Below, one piece after another: positions 27,765-37,963 of a stretch of DNA of 64,000 nucleotides. The notes beneath the pieces were generated by a model that was not told the DNA's origin, did no database searches, and saw nothing but the letters and a program-made list of their open reading frames with translations. Position numbers and translations under genes: made by a program. Origin of the DNA: a virus; the IMG/VR virus record IMGVR_UViG_3300028608_000008, positions 1 through 64,000 of that record; one strand, given 5' to 3'. How positions within the stretch are numbered: the first letter of the stretch is position 1; each line of letters begins with the position of its first letter.

Positions 27765-27800
27765 AAAGCGGGTCGGTCCCGATGCGTCTAGGCGCCCGCT
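27765..27800 (+). other. Intergenic stem-loop upstream of nrdJ
   Basis: AAGCGGG...CCCGCTT inverted repeat, poor U-tract on + strand. Confidence 0.45.
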
Positions 27801-27822
27801 TATCACCAAGGCAGTAAAACCA

Positions 27823-29835
27823 ATGACCGACAATTCCGTTCAAATTCTTTCCGCGTTGACCACGTACATGAAGTACGCCAAGTTCATTCCGGAAATCCAG
27901 CGTCGTGAGACGTGGGAAGAAATTTGCGAACGTAACATGGCGATGCACATTCGCAAGTATCCTGAACTCCGCAAAGAGATTCAGGATGTTTACAAAAACT
28001 TCGTCTTCAACAAGAAAGTTTTGCCTTCCATGCGCTCCATGCAGTTTGGTGGCCGTCCAATCGAACTGGCGCCGAACCGCATTTTCAACTGCGCATTCGC
28101 TCCGTGCGATCATCCGGCTGTTTTCTCCGAAACCATGTTCCTGTTGCTGGGCGGCACCGGCATGGGTTATTCGGTACAGCGTCATCACATTTCGCAACTG
28201 CCTGCGATTCAAGGTCCGCTGAATCATTCGCAACGTCACCTCGTTGGCGACAACATCGAAGGTTGGGCCGACGCGGTTAAAGTTTTGGTCGAAGCGTATT
28301 TCTATGGCAAGCACATGCCAAACTTCGACTTCTCCGACATTCGCCCGAAAGGTGCGCCGCTGGTTACTTCGGGCGGTAAAGCACCCGGCGCCGGTCCGCT
28401 GAAAAACTGCATTGCCAACCTGACGCGCATTTTCGACAAAGCAATCGAAGAACGCGGTCGCGGTACTCGCCTCGAACCGCTGGAAGTTCACGATATCATG
28501 TGCCATATCGCGGACGCCGTTCTGGCCGGTGGCATTCGCCGCGCTGCACTGATTTGCCTTTTCTCCATGGACGACAAATCCATGCTGAAAGCAAAAGGCA
28601 ACTTCACTTGCTCCATCGAAGAAGCAATTCCGATGGGCAACGATATGTTCAACTGCACCGTTCTCACCAAATGGAAAGGCATTCGCCGCCAAATGCAGTT
28701 GCACCAATCGTCGCTGGACGAACAACAAGCCACCGGCAAACTGCCGTGGTATATGTTTGAACCACAACGCGGCCGCGCAAACAACAGCGCCGTAATTCTG
28801 CGCCACGTTGTGCAGCGTCATCACTGGGACGATCTGTGGGAAAAGATTGTCAGTTCCGGTTCCGGCGAACCCGGCGTGTATTTCAGCAACGACAAAGATT
28901 GGGGCACCAACCCATGTTGCGAAATTGCACTGCGTCCAAATCAGTTCTGCAACCTGACCGAAATCAACGGCAACGACATTCATACGCAAGAAGAATTCAA
29001 TGCCCGTTCCCGCGCTGCCGCATTCATCGGTACTCTGCAAGCCGGTTACACCGATTTCCATTACCTGCGTCCGATCTGGCGTGAAAACACCGAAAAAGAT
29101 GCACTGATCGGCACCGGCCTGACCGGTATCGGTTCCGGCGCTGTTCTGCCGCTGGACAAAGCCGAAGCTGCAAACGAAGTTCTGAAAGAAAACCGCCGCG
29201 TTGCCAAACTGATTGGCGTCAACGAAGCGGCCCGTACCACCACCATCAAACCGGCTGGCACTTCCTCGCTGGTTCTCGGTTCCGGTTCCGGCATTCACGC
29301 GTGGCACAACGATTTCTACATTCGTCGTATCCGCGTTGGTAAAAACGAAACCATCTACCGTTACCTGTCCGAGAATCACCCGGAACTGGTTGCCGACGAA
29401 TTCTTCAACCCGGAAAATCAGGCGGTCATCGAAGTTCCACAACGCGCACCAGAAGGTTCGATTCTGCGTCACGAATCGCCAATGGACCTGCTGAACCGCG
29501 TTGCTGATTTCAACCTGAACTGGGTTCGCAAAGGGCACGTCAACGGCCAAAACACCCACAACGTTTCTTGCACCATTTCGGTCAAGGAACACGAATGGGA
29601 AATGGTCGGCAACTGGATGTGGGACAACCGCAATAACTTCAACGGCATTTCGGTTCTGCCTTACAACGGCGGCACCTACATTCAAGCGCCGTTCGAAGAC
29701 ATTTCGGAAGTCGAATTCCACCAGCGTGCGGCAACCCTGCACGAAATCGACCTGTCGCGTGTTATCGAAGTTGACGACAATACCAAACTGGCCGATCAAG
29801 CAGCTTGTGCGGGCGGCGCCTGCGAAGTTGCGTAA
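27823..29835 (+). CDS. nrdJ: Class II (adenosylcobalamin-dependent) ribonucleotide reductase
   Basis: VLPSMRSMQ, FNCAF, GGTGMGYS, RRAALI, TNPCCEI, TTIKPAGT, C-terminal ACAGGACE. Confidence 0.92.
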   Translation: MTDNSVQILSALTTYMKYAKFIPEIQRRETWEEICERNMAMHIRKYPELRKEIQDVYKNFVFNKKVLPSMRSMQFGGRPIELAPNRIFNCAFAPCDHPAVFSETMFLLLGGTGMGYSVQRHHISQLPAIQGPLNHSQRHLVGDNIEGWADAVKVLVEAYFYGKHMPNFDFSDIRPKGAPLVTSGGKAPGAGPLKNCIANLTRIFDKAIEERGRGTRLEPLEVHDIMCHIADAVLAGGIRRAALICLFSMDDKSMLKAKGNFTCSIEEAIPMGNDMFNCTVLTKWKGIRRQMQLHQSSLDEQQATGKLPWYMFEPQRGRANNSAVILRHVVQRHHWDDLWEKIVSSGSGEPGVYFSNDKDWGTNPCCEIALRPNQFCNLTEINGNDIHTQEEFNARSRAAAFIGTLQAGYTDFHYLRPIWRENTEKDALIGTGLTGIGSGAVLPLDKAEAANEVLKENRRVAKLIGVNEAARTTTIKPAGTSSLVLGSGSGIHAWHNDFYIRRIRVGKNETIYRYLSENHPELVADEFFNPENQAVIEVPQRAPEGSILRHESPMDLLNRVADFNLNWVRKGHVNGQNTHNVSCTISVKEHEWEMVGNWMWDNRNNFNGISVLPYNGGTYIQAPFEDISEVEFHQRAATLHEIDLSRVIEVDDNTKLADQAACAGGACEVA

Positions 29836-29862
29836 CGAATTTCGGTAAATCGCCGAAACCTT

Positions 29863-29893
29863 GGGAATGGGGCCAAGCGCCCCGTTTCCTTTT
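29863..29893 (+). terminator. Intrinsic terminator
   Basis: GGAATGGGGC...GCCCCGTTTCC then TTTT, preceded by a second hairpin TTTCGG...CCGAAA (29839-29857). Confidence 0.65.
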
Positions 29894-29929
29894 CCTATCC
29901 TATAAACGCCAAGCGCGTAAGGAAATCAA

Positions 29930-30892
29930 ATGTACCTCAATACTCAAGTAATTGCTTGTGAAGAATCGTTCAACACTCTCGCAAAATCCGTGTTGCTCGG
30001 ATTCAGCCGTGCCGAAACTGCAAAGCGGTTCGACGCGATTCCAATGACGACTGTTGCCGTTTTCGGGACTACCCAAGCGAGCGCAATGGCGTTTGTAAGA
30101 AATGCTGTAACGGGAAAACTCCCGGTGTCTATCGCCTGTCTCGGAGCCGATACCGATTTCGACTCCCTCATGATTTCCAGCTTTTCGGGAACCGCACTCA
30201 TGCTTCCCGAATTGGCGTATGTGTCCAACCAATACATGGACACGATTGCTACACACCTGAATAAACTTTATGACCGCACGCTTTCCGATGGCGGTATGCG
30301 TCTAACCAACCTCGGCAAGTGGAAAGAACTGCACGTCATCTTTGCGAAACAGGAAACGGAACATGCGGTTCTCGGCGCAACGTTTGAGAAATACAAAAAC
30401 GCTTTCGAACGCCGCCGCGATTGCAGTTTCGAAATCACTGGGGAACAGACTCAGTACGCTCGACAATACCGAATCGCAGGTTGCGCTTCCGGTGGAATTG
30501 AAGAACCAAAAATCATTGAACTGAATATCAACGAAGTAATGAGCCGTCTGGTTTACAACACGGACAAGAAACGTCATTACATGGTTGCGCAATGTTTGCA
30601 GCCGGTTTACTTCAACGAGGATTTTGCAAAACTCGATCCTGATATGATTGAGTGGTTGTTTAGTCAATTCAATCATAGCGCCACCGCAATGGTCCAGCCG
30701 CAAATCGAAGAACGACGCCGCATCATTGTAAACGATGCTGTTGTGGCAACACTTTTCAAACATCAAATCGACCGTTTCCGTTATTTCCGTCCACAGCACG
30801 GAATCGCCTTCGGGTTGGAAGAAGGTGACAAAATTTCGGAAAGCAAACTGTCGTACATTCCGGCAGATATGCTCGGCACAATAAAACAGTAA
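29930..30892 (+). CDS. Hypothetical protein
   Basis: 320 aa with AAGGA RBS, bounded by terminators. Confidence 0.75.
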   Translation: MYLNTQVIACEESFNTLAKSVLLGFSRAETAKRFDAIPMTTVAVFGTTQASAMAFVRNAVTGKLPVSIACLGADTDFDSLMISSFSGTALMLPELAYVSNQYMDTIATHLNKLYDRTLSDGGMRLTNLGKWKELHVIFAKQETEHAVLGATFEKYKNAFERRRDCSFEITGEQTQYARQYRIAGCASGGIEEPKIIELNINEVMSRLVYNTDKKRHYMVAQCLQPVYFNEDFAKLDPDMIEWLFSQFNHSATAMVQPQIEERRRIIVNDAVVATLFKHQIDRFRYFRPQHGIAFGLEEGDKISESKLSYIPADMLGTIKQ

Positions 30893-30898
30893 CATAGG

Positions 30899-30928
30899 AA
30901 AGGGCCTTAATTGGCCCTTTTTCTTTTT
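30899..30928 (+). terminator. Intrinsic terminator
   Basis: AAAGGGCC-TTAATT-GGCCCTTT followed by TTCTTTTT. Confidence 0.85.
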
Positions 30929-30964
30929 GGGTTTCGGAAAGCAATCTTTTTGGTGCGAATGGTT

Positions 30965-30972
30965 TAATTTAA
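30965..30972 (+). promoter_or_regulatory. Candidate late-promoter motif TAATTTAA
   Basis: Between terminator and tail sheath 1; followed by GAAA-tetraloop hairpin AGAGGGT-GAAA-GCCTTCT. Confidence 0.5.
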
Positions 30973-31036
30973 TGAAGTAGAGGGTGAAAGCCTTCTCTTT
31001 GTTCCCGCCATTCCAACCATATAAAGGGTGTATCCA

Positions 31037-32677
31037 ATGGCTTTCCCAAATACCAGTGCGGGTAGCTACAGCTTCGAACAGGATTTGTCGATCCGGGCGG
31101 CTGCTGCATCTACCTCCATCGGCGTTATCGTCGGTGAAGCTCCAATGGGGCCAGTCGGTGTTCCAACTTTGGTAACTGACCGTGCTGACCTCCGTGAACA
31201 ATTCGGTATCAAACACGCGAAGAAATTCGGTTTCGGTTTGTACAGTGCCGAAATTTTCCTCGCGCAATCCAAACGTCTTTACTACACTCGCGTTGTCGAT
31301 CAGGCCACCGCCCGCACTGCTGGCGCGTACCTTTCCGCTGACGACGTGAGCGCGGAATACCCAGTAATCAAACTGGTGAATTTCGACGACGGCACCAATC
31401 AGCCGCTCGGCGTTTTGGGTGATCCACTCAAAACTCTCGGTTTCGTAAAAGGCACCAAAGGCATCGAAAACGTTTTGCTGTACGTTTGCGCGGCCAACCC
31501 CGGAAAATGGAACAACCAACTTTCCGTTCAAGTTCGCCCGTCGAACACTGACGGCACCGAAGTTGGTGAGCATTCCGATCCGTACCAGTTCTACGTTGAT
31601 GTTTTCCTGAATTACTCCGGTCCCGGTAACGTTCCGGTCGAGTCGTTCCTGTGCTCGCGCAAAAATGAAATCGACGGCAACAACCAACAATTGTTTGTCG
31701 AAGACGTAATCAACCTGCGCTCGCAGTACATTCGCGTAAAAAACAATCCGCATTGCGGCCCGGTGCGCGTTGGCAAAGCCGCGTTCGAACAACTCGACGG
31801 CGGTGCCGATGGCAATCGTCCTGCGCAAGTTGATCTTATCAACGCGTGGAACCTGTACGACGACAAAGAGCAGATTCTCGTAAACCTGCTTATCAACGCC
31901 GGTTACACCACGCCTGCTTTCCAGAAGAAAATGGAAAACATCGCAAAACTGCGCGGTGACTGCGTTGCGTTGCTCGACCTGCCAGACGATATGGCGCAAG
32001 TTTCGCGTGCGGTGAATTACCGTCGCAACACGCTGAATCTGAACTCCAGCTACGCGGCAATGTACGCGCCGTTTGTGGAAGTGCTGGATACCGATTCCAA
32101 CAAAAACATTTTCATTCCGCCTTCCGCGTTCGTCGCCGCAGCCTGTGCATTCACTGACAGCAACCGCGCCGTTTGGTTCGCGCCAGCCGGTTTGAATCGT
32201 GGTCAAGTAAACGTGCGTAACCTGCGCATGCGTTACAACCAAGGCGCTCGCGATTCGTTGGATCAAGCGCAAATCAACATCATCCGCAACATTCCGGGCC
32301 GTGGTTTCGTTATCATGGGCCAAGATACGTTGCAAACTTTTGCTTCCGGTTTCAGCAACTTGAACGTTCGCCGTTTGGTGAACTTCATCAAAACCAGTAT
32401 CGAAGCGGCGACGATTCCGTCGGTGTTCAACCCGAACGACGAATTCGAACGTCTCAAGTTGAAAAACATTTGCGACGATTTCATGCGCCCAATCAAATCG
32501 GGCCGTGGTGTTTACGAGTGGGTGACGATCTGCGATGATCGGAACAACAAACCTGCAACCATCGCAAACAACGATATCAAGCTCGACTTGATTATCGACC
32601 CTGAAATCCCGGCCAAGCGCGCCCACCTCGGGGCCAACGTGCAACCGACCGGCGCCGTGACCTTCACTGAGGCATAA
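31037..32677 (+). CDS. Tail sheath protein (paralog 1)
   Basis: VGVPTLVT, NPGKWNNQL, WFAPAGLNRG, NLNVRRLVNFI, VFNPNDEF; ATG at 31037 behind AAAGGG. Confidence 0.9.
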   Translation: MAFPNTSAGSYSFEQDLSIRAAAASTSIGVIVGEAPMGPVGVPTLVTDRADLREQFGIKHAKKFGFGLYSAEIFLAQSKRLYYTRVVDQATARTAGAYLSADDVSAEYPVIKLVNFDDGTNQPLGVLGDPLKTLGFVKGTKGIENVLLYVCAANPGKWNNQLSVQVRPSNTDGTEVGEHSDPYQFYVDVFLNYSGPGNVPVESFLCSRKNEIDGNNQQLFVEDVINLRSQYIRVKNNPHCGPVRVGKAAFEQLDGGADGNRPAQVDLINAWNLYDDKEQILVNLLINAGYTTPAFQKKMENIAKLRGDCVALLDLPDDMAQVSRAVNYRRNTLNLNSSYAAMYAPFVEVLDTDSNKNIFIPPSAFVAAACAFTDSNRAVWFAPAGLNRGQVNVRNLRMRYNQGARDSLDQAQINIIRNIPGRGFVIMGQDTLQTFASGFSNLNVRRLVNFIKTSIEAATIPSVFNPNDEFERLKLKNICDDFMRPIKSGRGVYEWVTICDDRNNKPATIANNDIKLDLIIDPEIPAKRAHLGANVQPTGAVTFTEA

Positions 32678-32684
32678 GTCAAAA

Positions 32685-33329
32685 ATGTCTGATCTGAAAC
32701 TGCAAAAACTGATCGAAAGTCTGGAAATCGCTTCCGACGTTCGCAACATGGACGAAACGAACCCAATCGTTCACCGTCTTTCCAACCCGACCATTCGCAA
32801 AGTTACCGCCATCGTTTGCGGCGTGCGTGAGCCAATGAATCTGATTCTGCCGCTCAACGTAACGTGGTTCGTTTTCGACCCACTGTCGCCGTACTACAAA
32901 ATGGCGCTGCGCCGGAAATCGAAAACCACCGTCGCGAATTCCGGTTTCATTCACCAATGGGAACTGGTTGACACCATCGACCAAGTTTTCGTTGACCAAT
33001 TCTACGACGCGGAAGATACCGCGCTGCTGAATGAAAACGAACCAGTTCCAGCCGCTACCACTTTGGTTTCCGGTATCGCTCGCCTGTCGTATCCGGCGAA
33101 AGATGCTACCGATCCAATCGTGGTTGGTGAAGGCGATCCGCGTTTGACCGATGCGCGTACTCCAAAAGCGCACAGTCACCCGGAAAAACCGGCGACCAAA
33201 CTGAAAACCAAAACCAACGTTGTCACCATCGACCAATCGAAAGCCCCGGTTGTTGGTGCAACGCTGGTAGCGACAAGCCCGACTAGCGCTGAATGGCGCG
33301 TGCTGACTTCCTCCGATATCCAACGGTGA
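32685..33329 (+). CDS. Putative fibre/appendage anchor protein (short paralog)
   Basis: Shares N-terminal domain with next two genes; GDPRLTDARTPKAHSH tail-fibre-type motif; no Ig repeats. Confidence 0.65.
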   Translation: MSDLKLQKLIESLEIASDVRNMDETNPIVHRLSNPTIRKVTAIVCGVREPMNLILPLNVTWFVFDPLSPYYKMALRRKSKTTVANSGFIHQWELVDTIDQVFVDQFYDAEDTALLNENEPVPAATTLVSGIARLSYPAKDATDPIVVGEGDPRLTDARTPKAHSHPEKPATKLKTKTNVVTIDQSKAPVVGATLVATSPTSAEWRVLTSSDIQR

Positions 33330-33333
33330 GCCA

Positions 33334-35661
33334 ATGCAAACTCTGACCGATTTCATCGAAGAAAAGATTGCGATTGCTGACGACTTTCGCGGTCTGGATT
33401 CGATTAACCCGGTCGAGATCGTGATCGAGGACGCGTACAAAAATAAGTACGTTGTCCTCGTTTCGCGTTTCGAACCGGACGCGGTAACTGTTCCATTCAA
33501 CGTGTGCTGGATCAACAATGATCCAAATCACAAAGACTACAAAACGCTGCAACGTCGCGTTGACGCGGAAGGCTATGACGACGGCAATTACCGTTACGTC
33601 TGGTCGGTGATTTCTACCGTCGAAGAAATCTTTACCGAATTGCAGTATTACAAAAAGGCTGCTGACCCGATTCTCGGCGAAGTCGATGATTTCGGTTTGC
33701 TGCCTGCAACCGTTTCCACTTTCGGTGCGTTCCGTGTTTCGGTCGATCCCGAAGTAGAAGACGACACCGTTTCGGTTGCCGATACCGATCCGCGCATGAG
33801 CGATGATCGTGAACCGGTTGACCATGACCACGGCGACCAAATCACCACCATGATCGCTGGCGGTTTTTCGGAAGTTGACGACGGTGAAGGTGGCACCACG
33901 CAGGAACAAAACATCGTTTACGTTTCTGCAAACCCGCCAAACAAAGGCGACATTTTTGTCGTTACCGCAGTTTCTCCAGACGGCCTGAGCTACACCGGCG
34001 AATGGAAAGCTCCGGATACTTCCATCGGTTACACCGGCCCGCTGCCAGCTTCGCTTTTGGTTGTCGGTCCCGGCGTTATCGTGGACAGCCTGACCAACCA
34101 TGTTTTGCGTGCAAACGTAACCATGGACGACGGCACCGTTTACAAATCGGTGCAGGCTGTTTGGGAAGTTATCGACAATGGCGAATGGGGTAAAGTTGGC
34201 AAAAACACTGGCGTGTTCCAAGCGCTGGAAGTTTTCGCACAACAAACCGTGCGCGTCAAAGCAACGTGGACCCATCCGGATTCCGGCGTTTCGATTTCCA
34301 ACTTCATCGACATTACCATTCGCGATGCGAGTGGCGTTGTGCGCCTGACCGGTTTGCAAATTCAAGGTCCGGGCCAGTTGGACAAAGGCGGCGCTCCGCA
34401 GCTTTATCAAGTGGTTGCAGAATACAGCAACGGCGATACCAATCTGGTAAACCCGAATTCCTTCACTTCGTCCAACGCGCAAGCGGGTACGTTTGTGAAC
34501 GGTACGCTGACTCCGCAATCGACTTTGGCCGGAAACAAAGTTACAACCCTGACCGCAAGTTTCACCAGCGGCGGCGTAACCAAAACTTCCACGCTGACTG
34601 TCACCGTGCGCGATGCTGACGTTTATCCAGACGGCATTACCATTCAGGGCGCGGGTTCGGTTAATCAGGGCACCACTTCTGATTACACCATTTCCGTTCA
34701 CTACACTGACGGTTCCACGCAAACCAAAAACGCAACTGCATGGTCGCTTTCGAGCACCACCGATGCAACCATTGCTGTTTCTGGTCGCCTGACTGCAAAA
34801 GCGATTACCGTGCCGGGCAACAAGTCGGTAACGATCAACGCTTCGCTGACCGAAAAAGGTGTGACCCTGACCGGCAGCCTCCCAGTCACCATCGTGGACA
34901 ACATCAACTATCCGGTAAGTGCGAAAATCACCGGTTCGCTTTCGGTAGCGGCTGGCGCAACTTCGCAATACACGTTGATGGTGAAATACAAAGACAACAC
35001 CGAAGTTGCGAAAACTCCTTCGGCGTGGACTTCTTCCAACACCACCAATGCGACCATCGACAACACCGGTTTGCTCACCGCGAAAAACATTTCGTCGGCT
35101 GCGACCGTTACCGTCGGTGCGACCTACTCGGAAAAGGGCGTGAATTTGTCTCCGACTTTGAACGTTCAAGTCACCGTTGCGGCACCGCAAGCGATTCGCT
35201 TCGGTATTGCGAAGTTTGCAAACAAAAACTTCACCGGTGGCATCATCGAACCGCTGACCCAACAGCAAATCGAGTACGGCGTTACCAACGACCATACTCC
35301 GGGCGGTCTGCAATACGATCATTGGGCAAACGTTCAGGCGTTCTTCAATGCCGTTATGACGCAAACCATTCCGGCAACTGGCGGCACTATTGATACTTCG
35401 GTCGGCCTCGACGAATATCTCTATGTTGCGTACCCGGCCACTATTTCCAGTCTGTCGTATCAGGATTTGGTTTCCAACTTCCCTGCGACCCTGACTGGCG
35501 TGAACTGGCCGGATGACGTAGTTGGCGAACCTTCGCCTGCGCCATCCGATGTTGCTTTGGTAAACGTCACCGTTGGCGGCGTAACTGGTCAGTGGAAAGT
35601 TCAGCGTATCGACTACGCCGGTCCGATGCAGACCAAGTTTGCTGTGACCGTAAACAACTAA
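33334..35661 (+). CDS. Virion fibre protein with ~4 Ig-like (BIG2-type) repeats
   Basis: Repeats of P.S..I.G...V...Y...V.Y.DG...W.SSN...ATI...G.LTA; shared N-terminal domain. Confidence 0.75.
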   Translation: MQTLTDFIEEKIAIADDFRGLDSINPVEIVIEDAYKNKYVVLVSRFEPDAVTVPFNVCWINNDPNHKDYKTLQRRVDAEGYDDGNYRYVWSVISTVEEIFTELQYYKKAADPILGEVDDFGLLPATVSTFGAFRVSVDPEVEDDTVSVADTDPRMSDDREPVDHDHGDQITTMIAGGFSEVDDGEGGTTQEQNIVYVSANPPNKGDIFVVTAVSPDGLSYTGEWKAPDTSIGYTGPLPASLLVVGPGVIVDSLTNHVLRANVTMDDGTVYKSVQAVWEVIDNGEWGKVGKNTGVFQALEVFAQQTVRVKATWTHPDSGVSISNFIDITIRDASGVVRLTGLQIQGPGQLDKGGAPQLYQVVAEYSNGDTNLVNPNSFTSSNAQAGTFVNGTLTPQSTLAGNKVTTLTASFTSGGVTKTSTLTVTVRDADVYPDGITIQGAGSVNQGTTSDYTISVHYTDGSTQTKNATAWSLSSTTDATIAVSGRLTAKAITVPGNKSVTINASLTEKGVTLTGSLPVTIVDNINYPVSAKITGSLSVAAGATSQYTLMVKYKDNTEVAKTPSAWTSSNTTNATIDNTGLLTAKNISSAATVTVGATYSEKGVNLSPTLNVQVTVAAPQAIRFGIAKFANKNFTGGIIEPLTQQQIEYGVTNDHTPGGLQYDHWANVQAFFNAVMTQTIPATGGTIDTSVGLDEYLYVAYPATISSLSYQDLVSNFPATLTGVNWPDDVVGEPSPAPSDVALVNVTVGGVTGQWKVQRIDYAGPMQTKFAVTVNN

Positions 35662-35671
35662 GGGCAAAAAC

Positions 35672-37963
35672 GTGAACTTGAGTCAATGGGCGGAACAGCA
35701 AATCTCCATTGCTCAACTGTACCGCAACTTGTCTCAAGTGAACCCCGTAACTCTGTCCATCCAAAGCGGTGGACAGAGTTTTTCCGTTCTTGTGTCCCAC
35801 ACAGAGCCGGGGTTCAACGTTCCATTCAATGTGATTTGGGTTTACGCAGGCGAAGATTTTTACGGTGCAGTTCTCCGACGTGTTTCGGAAAACCCTTTGC
35901 CACCGTTCGCCAATGAATGGATCGAACTTGAAACCTCAGCCGAGCTTTTTTCGGAAGTGCAATACTGGCATCCGGACTTGCCCGAGCTTGGGGAAATCGA
36001 GCGATTTGCAGTTGGGCCAGCGACAACGGACAAACCCGGAATTTTTCGCACGACCACAAAGTATCGGGCCGTGGAAACCAATGCAAGGGAAATGAGCGAC
36101 GCACGCGAGGCACTGGAACACGAACACGATCAAGAACCGAATCAGTTTATTCAGGTTGGGGAATTGATAATCGACGTAAGCCAGAGCAAACCCCCAAAGG
36201 CGGGCGACGTTTTAGTAATCACAAAAATTGACGACGACGGCGTTTCAGGGGAGTGGATGCAATTGGCAGACAATGACATTCTTTATGACGGGCCGTGGCC
36301 GGTCAGTCTGCGCATCAACGGTCCGTCCGGGCCGGTAAACGAATTGACACAAGTGCAATTCACCGCAGACCTGATTTTCGAAGACGATACCGTAAAACGT
36401 ATCAAGCCGGTTTGGGAATTGAGTGACACGCTGGTAGGCACTCTTTCCGAAGACGGTATTTTTCAAGCCTACAACATCCAGCAAGATGTTACGGTAAAAA
36501 TCAAAGCGCGATTCTATCACGAAGAAACTGAAACCACGCTTTCCGCGTCGGTTGATCTTCTGGTTCGCGACGTTGACTCGAATCTGATACTCGCTAGTTT
36601 GGAAGTTTCGGGGCCGACCAACGTAAACAAAGGCGCAATCGCCACTTACACTGCGACCGCTGTTTTCACAAATGGCAGTCGTTCGCCAGTTGTTCCAGAT
36701 TACTGGCGCGTTGGTAATGCAGACGCGGGTTCGATCACTGGCGGCGGTATTTTCACTGCCAAGAAAGTTATCGGTTCGCAAGAAACACGCATCACCGCAA
36801 TGTACACGTACAAAGGTGTGACCAAGCAAGCGTTTATCGACGTTGAAGTTTTGGACACCACGGTTTATCCGCAGTCGGCGCGCATCATTGGCCCCGATAC
36901 GCTGGACGAAAACACCAATGGCACCTACAAACTTGAAGTGACGTTTATCAACGGACGTAAACAGGTTGTAGCGGTAAATGATTGGGCGCACACAAACCCA
37001 GCGGCTGGCCGCATCGGTCAATTGACTGGCACGTTTGTAGTTCCTGATCTGACCGAAAATCGCCAAACGAAAATCACCGCGTCGTATTCGCTGGAAGGTA
37101 CAACCATTGCAGCGGAGAAAGACATTTCGGTAATCGACACCACGGTCTACCCGGCCCGCATTGATATCATCGGTCCCGATTTCGTTATTGAAGGTCGCGC
37201 AGCGCAATTCAGCGCGCTGGTTTACTTCACCGATGGCACTAGCGGAACCCGTGCATTGACGTGGAAGCAAAACAGCACTGCATTCGGTTCCATTGATCCG
37301 GCCTCCGGAATCTTTACCGCAGTGGGCGATGTTGATTCTGACAAGTCGGTAAAAATCTCCACCTCGTTTACGGCAAACGGCCGCACCGTGAATGCTGAAA
37401 AAGACATTCTGGTAAAAACCACGCTCAACTTGCCAGTTAGTGCGTTGGTCACGGCACCGAGTGCTATGCGAGTTGGCGAATCGACTACGCTTTTGTTTAC
37501 GGTCACGTATGCGGACGGCACCACGGCTCGGGTTAAACCACAGTGGGCGCTTTCCAATTCAAACATTGCCTCCATTTCTGCCGACGGCCTTTTGACCGCG
37601 AAGCAAGTTTTGGAAGCGAGTGTAATAACGGTTGAAGGGACGTACAGCGCATCTGGCGTAACGATTAAAGCGCAAGCAGTCGTGACGATTAACGATTTGA
37701 TTTCGCGTCCGCTGTCCGCCAGCATTGTCGGCCCCGCTTCGGTATCCACAACCAACACAGCGCAATTCCAACTTTCGGTGAAATTCTCCGATGGTGGCGA
37801 GCGTCTGGTTGCAGGCGTTTGGCAATCGTCTGATCGCAATGTCGCGACAATTGATTCCTCCGGTATTTTGCGGCCATACGCAACGGGCGTAACCACGTTG
37901 ACGGCTGTTTATTCCGCGCAGGGGCAGACGGTTTCTTCGACAAAAGAGATTACGGTAATATGA
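35672..37963 (+). CDS. Virion fibre protein with ~6 Ig-like (BIG2-type) repeats
   Basis: GTG start; six ~90-aa repeats ending WQSSDRNVATIDSSG; shared N-terminal domain. Confidence 0.75.
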   Translation: MNLSQWAEQQISIAQLYRNLSQVNPVTLSIQSGGQSFSVLVSHTEPGFNVPFNVIWVYAGEDFYGAVLRRVSENPLPPFANEWIELETSAELFSEVQYWHPDLPELGEIERFAVGPATTDKPGIFRTTTKYRAVETNAREMSDAREALEHEHDQEPNQFIQVGELIIDVSQSKPPKAGDVLVITKIDDDGVSGEWMQLADNDILYDGPWPVSLRINGPSGPVNELTQVQFTADLIFEDDTVKRIKPVWELSDTLVGTLSEDGIFQAYNIQQDVTVKIKARFYHEETETTLSASVDLLVRDVDSNLILASLEVSGPTNVNKGAIATYTATAVFTNGSRSPVVPDYWRVGNADAGSITGGGIFTAKKVIGSQETRITAMYTYKGVTKQAFIDVEVLDTTVYPQSARIIGPDTLDENTNGTYKLEVTFINGRKQVVAVNDWAHTNPAAGRIGQLTGTFVVPDLTENRQTKITASYSLEGTTIAAEKDISVIDTTVYPARIDIIGPDFVIEGRAAQFSALVYFTDGTSGTRALTWKQNSTAFGSIDPASGIFTAVGDVDSDKSVKISTSFTANGRTVNAEKDILVKTTLNLPVSALVTAPSAMRVGESTTLLFTVTYADGTTARVKPQWALSNSNIASISADGLLTAKQVLEASVITVEGTYSASGVTIKAQAVVTINDLISRPLSASIVGPASVSTTNTAQFQLSVKFSDGGERLVAGVWQSSDRNVATIDSSGILRPYATGVTTLTAVYSAQGQTVSSTKEITVI

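Noticed and set aside
28603-28746. Possible intein or intron in nrdJ
   Set aside because: Too short, no N-terminal C/S/T junction or C-terminal HN, frame uninterrupted; kept only as a domain insertion.
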